From an uncultured Gammaproteobacteria bacterium (GTDB lineage: Bacteria > Pseudomonadota > Gammaproteobacteria > UBA9214), in assembly GCA_963701505.1 (NCBI GenBank), contig CAVOZZ010000011.1, forward strand, positions 91,551-155,550: 64,000 nucleotides of DNA, given 5' to 3'. A model generated the notes under the pieces. It was given only the letters and a program-made list of their open reading frames with translations, was not told the DNA's origin and did not search any database. The position numbers and the translations under genes are program-made. Each line of letters starts with the position of its first letter. The stretch's first letter is position 1. This document shows positions 41,748-54,290 of the stretch, in pieces.

Positions 41748-42515
41748 ATGCCAGTCACCATAAAAACACCCGACGAGATCGAGAAAATGCGGGTTGCCGG
41801 CCGGCTCGCCGGCGAAGTCCTGCAAATGATCCGTCCACATGTCAAGGCCGGCATTAGCACCAATGAACTGGACCGCATCTGCCACGATTACATTGTCGAC
41901 GTGCAGCAGGCGATACCGGCGCCGCTCAATTACCGCGGCTTTCCGAAATCGATCTGCACCTCGGTCAATCATGTGGTCTGCCACGGCATCCCGGGTGACA
42001 AGGTGCTGAAGAAAGGTGATGCCGTGAATATCGATGTCACCGTCATCAAGGATGGCTTTCACGGCGATACCAGCAAGATGTTTTTTGTCGGCGAGCCCAC
42101 CGTGGCCAGTGCCCGACTGGCACGCATCAGCCATGAATGCATGAAGATCGGGATCGACATGGTCAGACCCGGCATCCGGCTCGGTGACATCGGTCATGCC
42201 ATCCAGCAACATGCCGAGTCGCAGCATTGTTCCATTGTGCGCGAATATTGCGGTCACGGTATCGGGCGGGAGTTCCACGAAGACCCGCAGATACTGCATT
42301 ACGGCAAACCGGGCACCGGCATGAGACTGGAACCCGGCATGACCTTCACGATCGAACCCATGGTCAATGCGGGCAAGCGTGACACCAGGCTGCTTCCCGA
42401 CGGCTGGACCGTTGTCACCAAGGACCATAGCCTGTCGGCACAATGGGAGCACACCATTCTGGTCACGGACTCCGGCCACGAGGTACTGACCTGTTTACCC
42501 GGTGATGACATCTGA
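41748..42515 (+). CDS. map: type I methionine aminopeptidase
   Basis: 255 aa intact ORF. Confidence 0.9.
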   Translation: MPVTIKTPDEIEKMRVAGRLAGEVLQMIRPHVKAGISTNELDRICHDYIVDVQQAIPAPLNYRGFPKSICTSVNHVVCHGIPGDKVLKKGDAVNIDVTVIKDGFHGDTSKMFFVGEPTVASARLARISHECMKIGIDMVRPGIRLGDIGHAIQQHAESQHCSIVREYCGHGIGREFHEDPQILHYGKPGTGMRLEPGMTFTIEPMVNAGKRDTRLLPDGWTVVTKDHSLSAQWEHTILVTDSGHEVLTCLPGDDI

Positions 42516-45228
42516 CATGCCCGCTTCCCCCACTCCCATGGTCGCTGCTGCAGTCACCATGGACGCGGCAACCTTTGAATCCTGGTTCAGGATGCACTGC
42601 CTTGACGAGTCCCTTGACGGCGACAATGCACCACTGACGCTCTACAAGGACTGCCTGAAACACGCCAACAAACAGCTCGCAGAAAAATTCACCCAGGGGG
42701 TCAGCGTACCGGTGCTGATCCATGCCCGTTCATGGCTGGTTGACCAGCTGCTGCGGCGCACCTGGTCCCATTTCATGGGAACCGCAGAGGATGCCCTGGC
42801 ACTGGTTGCCGTAGGCGGTTACGGTCGCAGCGAATTGATGCCCGGCTCGGATATCGACCTGCTAATCCTGCTCCCCGATGCTGCCGGTACTCTGTATGAC
42901 CAGAAGATCACGGCACTGCTGACCTTTCTCTGGGATATAGGCCTCGAAGTCGGGCACAGCGTGCGCAGCATCGATGATTGCGTTGAACAATCGCTGGCCG
43001 ACATCACCGTGGTCACCAACCTCATGGAGGCGCGCTGGCTGGCTGGCTCGTCAAACCTGTTCCAGCGCATGCAACATCGCACCGGTGCCTCCGAGATCTG
43101 GAACAGCCGGGATTTCTTCGAGGCAAAACACGAAGAGCAGCGCGCCCGCTACAGAAAGTTTCATAACACTGCCTACAACCTGGAGCCAAACATCAAGGAG
43201 GGTCCGGGCGGGCTCCGTGATATCCAGATGATTGCCTGGGTCGCCAACCGCCATTTCGGCACCGCCTCGCTTGATGAACTGGTGGAACGTGATTTCCTGA
43301 CCGGCGAGGAATATCAAACCCTGATCAGGGACCGCGACCTGTTATGGAACATACGCTTTGCACTGCATACCCTTACCGGCCGCAGTGAAGACCGCCTGCT
43401 GTTCGATTACCAGCGCACCCTGGCGGAAAGCTTTGGCTATCATGACGATGAGAACCGGCTGGGCGTCGAAGCCTTCATGAAACAGTACTACCGCACCATC
43501 ATGGAATTGAGCCGTCTCAATGAAATGCTGCTGCAACTGTTCCAGGAAAACATCCTGCACCCGGAAGGACCCGGTGAACCGGTCGTAATCAACAACCGCT
43601 TCCAGAGTCGCCAGGGTTACATTGAGGTGATTGATGAACGGGTGTTTCGCTACCAGCCATACGCACTGCTGGAGATTTTTCTGCTCCTGGAACAGCATTC
43701 GGAACTGAAGGGCGTTCGTGCCGGCACCATTCGCGCCATACGCGAAAACCGTCATCTGATCGATGATGACTTTCGAAAGGATATCCGCTCGCGCAGCCTG
43801 TTCATGGAAATCATCCGGCAGCCCCGCGGGCTCACCCATGAGCTGCGGCGCATGAATACCTACGGCATTCTTGCTGCCTATTTACCGGTGTTCGAAAATA
43901 TTGTCGGGCTGATGCAGTATGACCTGTTTCATATCTACACGGTAGACGAGCACATACTCAAGATGGTGCGCAACCTGCGTCGTTTTACCGTGCATGAGTA
44001 TGCACTCGAGTTCCCGCTCTGCAGCCACATCATTGCCACCCTTCCAAAACCGGAACTGCTCTACCTGGCCGGTCTGTTTCATGACATCGCCAAGGGTCGC
44101 GGTGGCGACCACTCGGAAATGGGCAGTATGGATGCCCGTAATTTCTGCAAACAGCATGATCTCAGCGACTACGATACCGACCTGGTGACCTGGCTGGTAG
44201 AGAGTCACTTGATGATGTCCTCCACATCGCAACGTGAAGACATCAGTGACCCGGTTGTCGTCAACCGCTTTGCCAAAATCATGCGGGATACGGTACACCT
44301 GGACTACCTTTACCTGTTGACGGTGGCAGATATACGCGCCACCAACCCGGAACTGTGGAATACCTGGAAAGACGCCCTGCTGAAGCAGCTTTACTACAAC
44401 ACGCGACGCGCCCTGCAACGCGGCCTGCAGGACCCCATGAAGCGCACCGAACACATTCAGCAGGTACAGCAGGAAGCCGTGAAGCTGCTGGGCGAGCTGA
44501 CACCGGCCATCGCCGATCTCTGGGATGATCTCGGCGATGACTATTTTCTGCGTCACGCCCCTGAACAGATTGCACACCATACCCGTCTGCTGATGAATAA
44601 CGAGGGAAGCAACGCCCTGGTCGATGTACAGCCGGTCACGGAGCATGGCGGCACCGAAATCTTTATCTTTGCAACTGCCGAGGATGACCAGTTCAGCCGC
44701 ATTACCGCGGTACTCGACCGGCTCGGACTGAACGTCGTCGACGCCGGGATCATCACGACGCAGGACAACAGGGCCGTAGATACCTTTCATGTGCTGGAGG
44801 AGTCCGGCTTTCCCATTACCGGCGACCAGCGCCTGCAGGAGATAAAGGATACCCTGCTGGCAGAGATCAATGCCGAGGTTCACACCACCTGGAATGTATC
44901 CCGCCGGACACCGCGCCATTACAGGCATTTCCCGATCAAGACACACCTGGACTTCAAGCTGGATTCATTTGACCGGCGCACGGTGATGGAACTCATCACC
45001 GCCGACCGTCCGGGTCTGCTTTCCCGTATCGGGCGCGCGTTTGCGGATTGCAAAATCAGGCTGCTGAACGCGAAAATCGTGACCCTGGGTTCACGTGCGG
45101 AGGATGTGTATTACATTACCGACCAGCATAACCAGCCACTGACCGATGCCTCGAAAATCGCCTGCCTCGAACAGGCGATTCATAAATACCTGGACGAGGG
45201 AGACAATGCGGCCAACAGCCATCCATAG
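42502..45228 (+). CDS. glnD: bifunctional [protein-PII] uridylyltransferase/uridylyl-removing enzyme
   Basis: 908 aa intact ORF with nucleotidyltransferase, HD and two C-terminal ACT domains. Confidence 0.9.
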   Translation: MMTSDMPASPTPMVAAAVTMDAATFESWFRMHCLDESLDGDNAPLTLYKDCLKHANKQLAEKFTQGVSVPVLIHARSWLVDQLLRRTWSHFMGTAEDALALVAVGGYGRSELMPGSDIDLLILLPDAAGTLYDQKITALLTFLWDIGLEVGHSVRSIDDCVEQSLADITVVTNLMEARWLAGSSNLFQRMQHRTGASEIWNSRDFFEAKHEEQRARYRKFHNTAYNLEPNIKEGPGGLRDIQMIAWVANRHFGTASLDELVERDFLTGEEYQTLIRDRDLLWNIRFALHTLTGRSEDRLLFDYQRTLAESFGYHDDENRLGVEAFMKQYYRTIMELSRLNEMLLQLFQENILHPEGPGEPVVINNRFQSRQGYIEVIDERVFRYQPYALLEIFLLLEQHSELKGVRAGTIRAIRENRHLIDDDFRKDIRSRSLFMEIIRQPRGLTHELRRMNTYGILAAYLPVFENIVGLMQYDLFHIYTVDEHILKMVRNLRRFTVHEYALEFPLCSHIIATLPKPELLYLAGLFHDIAKGRGGDHSEMGSMDARNFCKQHDLSDYDTDLVTWLVESHLMMSSTSQREDISDPVVVNRFAKIMRDTVHLDYLYLLTVADIRATNPELWNTWKDALLKQLYYNTRRALQRGLQDPMKRTEHIQQVQQEAVKLLGELTPAIADLWDDLGDDYFLRHAPEQIAHHTRLLMNNEGSNALVDVQPVTEHGGTEIFIFATAEDDQFSRITAVLDRLGLNVVDAGIITTQDNRAVDTFHVLEESGFPITGDQRLQEIKDTLLAEINAEVHTTWNVSRRTPRHYRHFPIKTHLDFKLDSFDRRTVMELITADRPGLLSRIGRAFADCKIRLLNAKIVTLGSRAEDVYYITDQHNQPLTDASKIACLEQAIHKYLDEGDNAANSHP

Positions 45229-45256
45229 CGCCGGGACAACCCTGAGGCAGCCATCA

Positions 45257-45280
45257 CCCCGGCGAAGACCGGGGTTCAGC
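45257..45280 (+). terminator. weak hairpin after glnD
   Basis: CCCCGG-cgaaga-CCGGGG followed by TT; poor U-tract. Confidence 0.3.
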
Positions 45281-45515
45281 TGTTGATCTTTCCCGATGAC
45301 TTGCCTCGCTCCCGCCCCCCCCGGGATGTTCAACGTGCCGTGCGCTTTTGACCGGTTTACACCGAGAATAACAACCGGGAACTATTCAACCCCCCCCTGA
45401 ACGGCCATCGGCCCAGTATGGAAATCCGCAGAAAGAAGGCATCTCTGTTGTTGTATCTAGTAGCCGCACTCATCATAATGTCGCTTACAGTCAATCACTA
45501 AGGGGATGATTGATA

Positions 45516-46406
45516 ATGAAAATAACATTTTACGGGGTACGGGGTTCGATCCCCTCGCCGGGATATGATACGTACCGCTATGGTGGCAATACTTCCTGCG
45601 TACACATTGAAACAGCCAGTGGTCAGGATCTGGTGCTGGATGCCGGCACGGGTATCAGGAACCTGGGCAAACGCCTGGTAGAGAAAGACACCACGATCAA
45701 TATCCTGATGTCCCATGGCCACTGGGATCATATCCAGGGATACCCGTTCTTTATGCCCATCTACCAGCCGGACAGACAAATCCGTGTTTATACGAGTGCG
45801 GTAGACAGTCACGGGCAGATCTGCTCGCTGTTTGACCAGATAGACGGTGCCAACTTTCCAGTGAAGGCCGCTGAATTACCGTCTCAATCAGAATGTATTA
45901 CAGCAAACGTCGAGACCGAATTCGCCAGGCAGAACATTTGCGTCAGGCGTATACCCATCAATCATCCGGGTGGCGGCTACGGCTATCGCATCGAGGAAGA
46001 GGGTACCTCCTGTGCCTATATTACTGACAATGAACTCGAGCCACCCGAGAAGCTGTCCACGACCTACGATCGATGGGTGGAGTTTTGCCACGGCGCTGAT
46101 GTCCTGATACATGACGCCCAGTACCTGGAATCTGACATGCCCCAGAAACATGGCTGGGGACATTCACTGGTGTCACAGGTACGGCAACTCGCGCTGGATG
46201 CAGAGGTTGGCTGTCTGGTCATGTTCCACCATGATCCTGACAGAACGGATACCGAGATTGATTTCATCCAGAAAGACAATGAACACTTTTTTAACGGCAA
46301 GCGCGCGCCGTCCATCAGTCTCTGCGCTGCAGAGAACATGCAAATAAAGCTCACGGCGCAACAGGATAAACGTACGGTTATCGAAGTTGGCCAGGCAGAT
46401 TCCTGA
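45516..46406 (+). CDS. MBL-fold metallo-hydrolase (subfamily not assignable)
   Basis: HGHWDH (HxHxDH) motif; RBS AAGGGG 9 nt before ATG 45516; GC visibly lower (~52%) than neighbours. Confidence 0.8.
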   Translation: MKITFYGVRGSIPSPGYDTYRYGGNTSCVHIETASGQDLVLDAGTGIRNLGKRLVEKDTTINILMSHGHWDHIQGYPFFMPIYQPDRQIRVYTSAVDSHGQICSLFDQIDGANFPVKAAELPSQSECITANVETEFARQNICVRRIPINHPGGGYGYRIEEEGTSCAYITDNELEPPEKLSTTYDRWVEFCHGADVLIHDAQYLESDMPQKHGWGHSLVSQVRQLALDAEVGCLVMFHHDPDRTDTEIDFIQKDNEHFFNGKRAPSISLCAAENMQIKLTAQQDKRTVIEVGQADS

Positions 46407-46613
46407 CCAACAACGCAGCTGAGAACGCTTTCAGGCAATAATGATTGCTTTCATGTTTTGACTTAACCGCCCGCTGGAAGTCGTCAAGGAGACGCTGAAT
46501 ATTCGCGTGATACGGAAAACATTCCGTTCGCCATCATCTGGCAATCGGCGGATCTCAACCCGCAGCAGTCATTGATGACCACTGGAAAAGCGTCCTCACC
46601 CCGACCGTCTCGC

Positions 46614-47984
46614 TCAGCGCAACACCAGCCGAACGCTCCCGGTGGCGGTTCCATCCAGCCTGATCGCCTCTGGTTCTATATGCAGGTGCACGCTGGCTAA
46701 CTGCAAGGCGGACATATCAAGCGCCATACCTGCCGGTGTGATCTTCCTCAATACCGTCCCGAGGCGCTCTTCCAGCAGATCGAGGTGCTGCACCAACACC
46801 TGGTTGGCTGCATCTTCGAGCGCCACACGGAGGTACTCATGGAATGCTTCAGCCAGCAAATCCACGGTTACATCCTGAGCATCATACAGAAACGTCAGGT
46901 CCTGTATTTCAAGCTTCTGGTGTTGCGCATTATAGGCCAGCTTTGCCCGCAATTCCGCCGTGCCGGCCAGCTCCCCGCTTAGCTCTATCTGTGCCCTGAT
47001 CTCTTGTCCGCTACCTCCCAGATTGAGCCTTGTGATGCCAGTCTCGCGGTCCTTGATAACATAGGATTTGCCGGCGAGAGTATCGGATAACCGCTGGTTG
47101 AGTGCCGTGAAGTCCAGGTTCACACCCAGCTGCAGATTCAAGCCGGCGGACCGGGGACGATACTGTCCCAGTGGTGGCAGCGGCGCCGGTTTGCTGTCGG
47201 GTTCAGATCCAGTCACCAACAGCGGCTGCAATGTCATTGCCAGCTGTGCATCGATGTAGTTATCCCGGCCGGCGATACCAGACAGTGCGACACTGCCCGG
47301 CCTGAGCAATAACCAGTTGTCCTCTCCCAGCTCTATCGGCTCCTGCAATAACGACCAGGTTTGCTGTGCCTGGCGCTGGATTGAATTCACGCCGGGATCA
47401 AGCGACCGCAGCGCGGCCCTCAGGCTGGCCTGCATTTGCTTGCGGAATTCCTTCTCCACGAGGGAGGTGACATCGATATTCGCCACGGTCATTTCGCAGC
47501 GGTCGAGAAACCGGGTCGGCAGAATGCGGAACACTGGCCTCAAGGTCCAGTCCGGTCCCCATTCCAGCAGGACCTGCATGCCAATCAACGCCTGTCGCGG
47601 TGCTTCGTCGATGCCGCAGCTACCTTTCAGTTTGACAGCACCAAGGATTTTCTTTTCTGCCCTGATCCAGTAACGGATATGCGCCTGAACCAGGAGCACA
47701 TTGTCCATGGCAGTAATACTGAGTGGCCCGCGCCAGGCACGGTATTGTGACTGTATACCATGCCAGTCCTTCCATGTGCGCCAGTTGCCTGCCTGGTACG
47801 GAAGGGTCTTGTCAGCCGCCCTGATCAGCGGCTCGAGAGACAGTCGCAGCGGCAGTTCAATGAAGGATACAGGTGGATGGTTGCCTGCAACCGACTGCGC
47901 ACCGGCACTGCCGAGCCACAACAGCAGCACCAGTAGCACGGCTCCTTGACCAAAAGTTCGCAGATACCGGAGACCCGTGTGCAT
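46614..47984 (-). CDS. secreted/lipoprotein-like protein, DUF4403-like
   Basis: ~455 aa from the Met preceding the hydrophobic signal segment AVLLVLLLWLGSAGA; no catalytic motifs recognised. Confidence 0.45.
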   Translation of the reverse strand: MHTGLRYLRTFGQGAVLLVLLLWLGSAGAQSVAGNHPPVSFIELPLRLSLEPLIRAADKTLPYQAGNWRTWKDWHGIQSQYRAWRGPLSITAMDNVLLVQAHIRYWIRAEKKILGAVKLKGSCGIDEAPRQALIGMQVLLEWGPDWTLRPVFRILPTRFLDRCEMTVANIDVTSLVEKEFRKQMQASLRAALRSLDPGVNSIQRQAQQTWSLLQEPIELGEDNWLLLRPGSVALSGIAGRDNYIDAQLAMTLQPLLVTGSEPDSKPAPLPPLGQYRPRSAGLNLQLGVNLDFTALNQRLSDTLAGKSYVIKDRETGITRLNLGGSGQEIRAQIELSGELAGTAELRAKLAYNAQHQKLEIQDLTFLYDAQDVTVDLLAEAFHEYLRVALEDAANQVLVQHLDLLEERLGTVLRKITPAGMALDMSALQLASVHLHIEPEAIRLDGTATGSVRLVLR

Positions 47985-48140
47985 ATGAAGTTCGCTGTCA
48001 ATAACCGCCTCCTGGCCTGGTATTCGTTCTTTGCCAGGCAGCCAGTTGATAACGGGCAACGGGCCAATCCCGGGAGTGCAGCAAGCCACCCTGTGAAACC
48101 CGGCTCGTAATCACCCCGGACAGATGCAGCAGTATACCTG

Positions 48141-48539
48141 TTAGCTGCCCTTTCCCCTCTCAACCAGCTCTATTGCATTTCCGTCCGGATCCCGGCAGAA
48201 CAATGCACGGCGTCCTGATCGGCTGAGCGTGCAGGTAACGCCCGCGGCTTCCAGCTCTGCTGCTACCCTGTCCAGGTCAGTAACCTCCAGCGCCACATGC
48301 CGGTCACGGCCACCATGCTCCGGCAATTTCGTACCCCGCAATGCATCGGGCAGTTCCAGCAGGTGAATCTGGGCGGTACCGACACGTAACCAGGCACCAG
48401 GGATGTTCATGGCCGGCCGCATCCCGTCGACCTCCAGACCCAGCAAATCCCGGTAGAAGCCCAGTGCACGCACGGTATCACTGACCAGCAAACTGACATG
48501 ATGAATCGCCGTGATGTTAGCCATTTTCGTCACCGGCAT
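48141..48539 (-). CDS. VOC family protein (glyoxalase/bleomycin-resistance fold)
   Basis: 132 aa intact ORF. Confidence 0.75.
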   Translation of the reverse strand: MPVTKMANITAIHHVSLLVSDTVRALGFYRDLLGLEVDGMRPAMNIPGAWLRVGTAQIHLLELPDALRGTKLPEHGGRDRHVALEVTDLDRVAAELEAAGVTCTLSRSGRRALFCRDPDGNAIELVERGKGS

Positions 48540-49407
48540 GAATGCGAGCCGCCATGTAGGCAGCCGTCACGATCATGAAACCACCCAGCCATTCCCTGTA
48601 GAGCACCACCTCATCCGTCAATAACAGCGATGATACGGCGCCGACCACCAGCTCAAACAGCAGGATGACGGCAGAGCGGTGCACCGGCATGCGTGTCACA
48701 CCATAGAGCACGGTCAAGGTCATGACCAGAAAGCCAAATACGCCCAGTGTCACCGCTGCAAGCACAACAGCACTGCTCACTGCAGGAAAACCGGTATGAC
48801 CCAGCACAATCCAGACAGTGGCGACCGCGACCACACCCGCCCAGCTGGCCGTTGACTTCAGCAGTACGCTGACTTCTTGCGTCCGGCGTACAAACACATT
48901 ACTCAGCGCAAAGGCAAAACCGGATGACACGGCCAGCCAGTCGGCATTATCACGCGGCCAGGGTATACCGACAGCCTCATTCCAGAGCATGATTATTGCA
49001 CCCGTCACCGCGACGGCGAACACCAGCATGGACTTGGCATCCAGTCGCTCGCCGAGCATGAGCCAGCCAAGACAGACCGCCCAGAACGGCGACAGGTAGA
49101 ACAACAGCAGTACCCGCACAACATGACCATCCAGCACAGCCATGATGAAGGCAACATTACACCAGCCTGCAGATAACCCCATCAGCAGCAGAGGCAGCTT
49201 GTTCGCGGCCAGCGACTCACGCTCACGGACCAGCACCCACAAAAATACGCACAGGATTGCGCCGTAACTGATGAGCGCAGTCCACAGACCTGACAGACCC
49301 TGCCCCTCAAGCAGTCTCAACGGGTACCAGACAACACCCCACAGTGTTGCACTAAACAGCAGGCTGAGGACAGGCAGCAGGCGATTATCACGGTTGGACG
49401 TATTCAT
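48517..49407 (-). CDS. EamA/DMT-family transporter
   Basis: 10 predicted TM helices, duplicated EamA domains. Confidence 0.75.
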   Translation of the reverse strand: MNTSNRDNRLLPVLSLLFSATLWGVVWYPLRLLEGQGLSGLWTALISYGAILCVFLWVLVRERESLAANKLPLLLMGLSAGWCNVAFIMAVLDGHVVRVLLLFYLSPFWAVCLGWLMLGERLDAKSMLVFAVAVTGAIIMLWNEAVGIPWPRDNADWLAVSSGFAFALSNVFVRRTQEVSVLLKSTASWAGVVAVATVWIVLGHTGFPAVSSAVVLAAVTLGVFGFLVMTLTVLYGVTRMPVHRSAVILLFELVVGAVSSLLLTDEVVLYREWLGGFMIVTAAYMAARIHAGDENG

Positions 49408-49486
49408 GGCTTCCCTTATACTTTCACCACACAATCAGTGAAGGCAAGTCAATTCTGTTGACTGTATATAAAGACAAAGAATTGTA

Positions 49487-49564
49487 GCCACGGAACCCAC
49501 GGAAGGACATGGAAGAATAAAAGCATTACCAAATTATTTCCGTATTCTTCCGCGGGTTCCGTGG
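49487..49564. repeat. palindromic heptamer-array element, copy C
   Basis: GCCACGGAACCCACGGAAGGACATGGAAGA ... TTTCCGTATTCTTCCGCGGGTTCCGTGGC; three heptamers per arm at 10 bp phase. Confidence 0.85.
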
Positions 49565-49614
49565 CCAATGAATAAACAACCGGCAGTGACCAACCAGAGT
49601 CCGCAAAATAACGA

Positions 49615-50811
49615 ATGAATCCGAATCTATCACAACTGCAACCCTACCCGTTCGAGCGACTGGCAAAACTGTTCGAGGGCGTGACAGCACCCGCCGCGCT
49701 GGCGCCAATATCGCTGTCAATCGGCGAACCACAGCATGCAACACCGGGGTTTATCATCGAGGAAGTGATTACCCACCTGCACGGACTGTCGCATTACCCC
49801 GTTACCCGTGGCATGCCGGAGTTGCGCACTGCCATCGCCGGGTGGCTGGTCAGGCGTTTTGGATTACCCGAAAACTCACTGGACCCGGAACGGCAGGTAT
49901 TACCGGTGAACGGCACGCGCGAGGCGCTGTTTGCGTTCGCACAATGCATTGTCAACCCGGTCAGCGACGCCCTGGTGCTGATGCCAAACCCCTTCTACCA
50001 GATTTATGAAGGTGCGGCACTGCTTGCAGGCGCCACACCCTGGTTTTTGAACACCACCCGGGAAACCGCTTTGCTCCCTGATTTTGATGCCGTCCCCGAG
50101 GCCGTCTGGAAACGCTGTCAGCTGGTCTATATCTGTACGCCGGGCAACCCGACGGGGGCGGTCATGCCAACCACTGCATTGCAGCAGTTAATCGAGCTGG
50201 CAGACCGGCACGACTTTGTGATTGCCTCGGACGAGTGCTACTCCGAGATCTACAGGGAAGGCACAACGCCACCTGCGGGACTGTTACAGGCCGCTGCAGA
50301 ACTTGGCCAAACCGACTACCGTCGCTGCGTGGTCTTTCACAGCCTGTCAAAACGCTCGAATGCACCCGGCCTGCGCTCGGGCTTTGTTGCCGGAGATGCC
50401 GCCATCATGAAAGACTTCCTGCGCTACCGCACCTATCATGGCTGCGCCATGCCACCGGCCACCCAGTCTGCCAGTATCAGGGCGTGGCAGGATGAAGCGC
50501 ATGTTGCCCGGAACCGTGCCTTGTATACAGCAAAATTCAATGCCGTGCTGGAGTTGCTCGCGCCGCTGCTGGAGGTGCAATTACCGGATGCAGGATTCTA
50601 CCTCTGGGCACACACACCGGTAGCTGACACCGACTTTGCCAGGAACCTGCGTGCACAACAGAATGTCATCGTGCTGCCGGGCAGCTTCCTTTCGCGCACG
50701 GCTGCTGGCATTAACCCCGGTGAGAATTATGTGCGCATGGCGCTGGTGGCGCCGATCGAGGACTGCATCGAGGCAGCGGCGCGCATTAAATCGTATATTG
50801 TCAGCCGCTAG
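49615..50811 (+). CDS. dapC: succinyldiaminopimelate aminotransferase (DapC-type class I aminotransferase)
   Basis: 398 aa intact [18 protein letters not shown] lysine motif, upstream of dapD. Confidence 0.8.
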   Translation: MNPNLSQLQPYPFERLAKLFEGVTAPAALAPISLSIGEPQHATPGFIIEEVITHLHGLSHYPVTRGMPELRTAIAGWLVRRFGLPENSLDPERQVLPVNGTREALFAFAQCIVNPVSDALVLMPNPFYQIYEGAALLAGATPWFLNTTRETALLPDFDAVPEAVWKRCQLVYICTPGNPTGAVMPTTALQQLIELADRHDFVIASDECYSEIYREGTTPPAGLLQAAAELGQTDYRRCVVFHSLSKRSNAPGLRSGFVAGDAAIMKDFLRYRTYHGCAMPPATQSASIRAWQDEAHVARNRALYTAKFNAVLELLAPLLEVQLPDAGFYLWAHTPVADTDFARNLRAQQNVIVLPGSFLSRTAAGINPGENYVRMALVAPIEDCIEAAARIKSYIVSR

Positions 50812-50869
50812 GCAGTTATTATGGCCCCTGCACTTACCTGATTTTCACCGTACCTGGAGACAAGCTCAC

Positions 50870-51691
50870 ATGAGTGACATGCAATCTACCATTGAAGCCG
50901 CCTTTGAACGCCGCTCAGAGATAACCCCGCGCAGTGTCGACACCCATGTCAAGGAGGCTACGCTGGAAGCCATCGACATGCTGGACCGGGGCGTTGTGCG
51001 GGTTGCCGAAAAGAAAGACGGCCAGTGGGTTGTCAACGACTGGCTGAAAAAGGCCGTATTACTCTCTTTTCGTATCGAGGATAATGCCTTTATCAAGGGT
51101 GGATTCACCAATTACTACGACAAGGTGCCTTCCAAGTATGCCGACACCAACTCACGTGAATTTCGTGAAGGCGGCGTCAGGGTGGTACCACCGGCAACCG
51201 CACGCAAGGGTGCCTACATTGCATCCGGCGTTGTATTGATGCCTTCCTATGTCAACATCGGCGCCTATGTCGACAGCGGCACCATGGTCGATACCTGGGC
51301 CACCGTCGGGTCCTGTGCACAGATTGGCAAGAACGTGCACCTCTCGGGTGGTGTTGGCATTGGCGGCGTCCTTGAACCGGTGCAGGCCAGCCCCACCATT
51401 ATTGAGGACAACTGCTTTATTGGCGCGCGCTCGGAAGTCGTCGAAGGCGTCATTGTTGAACAGGGCTCGGTGATCTCCATGGGCGTGTACATCGGTCAGA
51501 GCACCCGTATCTTCGATCGCGCCAGCGGCGAGATCATGTATGGACGGGTCCCTGCGGGTTCCGTGGTGGTCTCGGGCAACCTGCCCTCAAGCGACGGCAG
51601 TTACAGCCTCTATTGCGCCGTGATCGTAAAACGCGTTGATGAAAAAACACGCTCAAAGGTCGGCATCAACGAACTGTTGCGCGACATCTAG
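50870..51691 (+). CDS. dapD: 2,3,4,5-tetrahydropyridine-2,6-dicarboxylate N-succinyltransferase
   Basis: 273 aa from ATG 50870 with GGAGA RBS; hexapeptide repeats. Confidence 0.9.
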   Translation: MSDMQSTIEAAFERRSEITPRSVDTHVKEATLEAIDMLDRGVVRVAEKKDGQWVVNDWLKKAVLLSFRIEDNAFIKGGFTNYYDKVPSKYADTNSREFREGGVRVVPPATARKGAYIASGVVLMPSYVNIGAYVDSGTMVDTWATVGSCAQIGKNVHLSGGVGIGGVLEPVQASPTIIEDNCFIGARSEVVEGVIVEQGSVISMGVYIGQSTRIFDRASGEIMYGRVPAGSVVVSGNLPSSDGSYSLYCAVIVKRVDEKTRSKVGINELLRDI

Positions 51692-51758
51692 TGTTTTTTG
51701 AAACGGACAAGAACGGTCACCGGGCCTGATTCAGACTCGCCCCGGAATCTTTCAAACA

Positions 51759-51836
51759 GTCACGGAATCCACGGATATAGTTCTGCCAAGGAATTTATTT
51801 TTTGTGTTTTCCGTGGATTCCGTGGCCTATTTTTAA
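51759..51836. repeat. palindromic heptamer-array element, copy D (15 bp perfect arms CACGGAATCCACGGA/TCCGTGGATTCCGTG)
   Basis: dapD-arsC intergenic; followed by TATTTTT. Confidence 0.85.
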
Positions 51837-51871
51837 CGTGATAAACCACTTAGTGGAATTGTAATGCAGCC

Positions 51872-53355
<1,484 letters not shown>

Positions 53356-53393
53356 ACCAGTAAATTCCGAAACACTCACCAGGAATAATAACA

Positions 53394-54290
53394 ATGGAAA
53401 TACGGCAACTCTCTCATGCAACGGTGTCCCTGCTGCGGATCGCCTGTTTGATTGGCACGGTGCTGTCAGTAACGGCCTGCTCCACAGGAAAGATGGTAGT
53501 GCGTGGTTCGCAAAGCATCATGGACAGCGGCATTGAGGCGATGAACAGCGAACCGGACCTGCAACTTGCCCGTGTCGCCATGCCAGCCAACCTGAAATTG
53601 ATGGAAGGCATGCTGCTGGAAGATCCCGACAACACAGAATTACTCTTGTATGCCGCGCAGGGATTCTACGGCTACAGTTACGGCTTCATCGAAACGGAAG
53701 ACCGGGCACGCGCCGGCGCACTGTACCGACGTTGCTATGGCTATTCAAAACGGGCGCTGGCGTTGCATGGCTTCAACATCGATCCTGAAACGGCCGCCCC
53801 TGATGAACTGCGCGCCGCTGTCGCCGGTGCCGGAAAGGAGGATGTACCGGCACTCTTCTGGAGCGCCTCCTGCCTGGGGAAATGGGTCGACATGAACCGG
53901 GACAATATTGCCGGCATCGCCGGCCTCAGCAATGTGGCGATCCTCATGCAACGTGTCATCGAGCTGGATGAAACCTATTATTACGGCAGCCGCCCACCTG
54001 TTCTTCGGTGTCTATTACGGCGGCCGGGCTCCCATGCTGGGCGGTGACTTTGCACTTGCCGAACAGCACTTCGAGCGCGCCGCCGAAATCAATGACAACA
54101 AGTTGCTGCTGGTCGACCTGCTGCATGCGGAATTCCTCGACCGTCAGCAGCTGGACCAGGCAGGCGTTTCACCAGCGACTGATCGGCATCCTGGAGGCGC
54201 CCGATGATCTGTATCCGCAGCTGGCGCTGATCAATGGCATCAGCAAGTACAAGGCGGCGCTGCTGCTGGAAAGCGAGGCGGACTGGTTTT
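53394..54290 (+). CDS. TRAP-transporter-associated TPR lipoprotein (TatT-like), frameshifted
   Basis: Lipoprotein signal VTACS; TPR-like helices over ORFs 53394..54047, 53908..54207 and 54008..54292. Confidence 0.6.

Noticed and set aside
50636-50869. N-terminal 78 aa extension of the dapD ORF
   Set aside because: Arg/Trp-rich, non-homologous; an ATG with a GGAGA RBS at 50870 gives canonical 273 aa DapD
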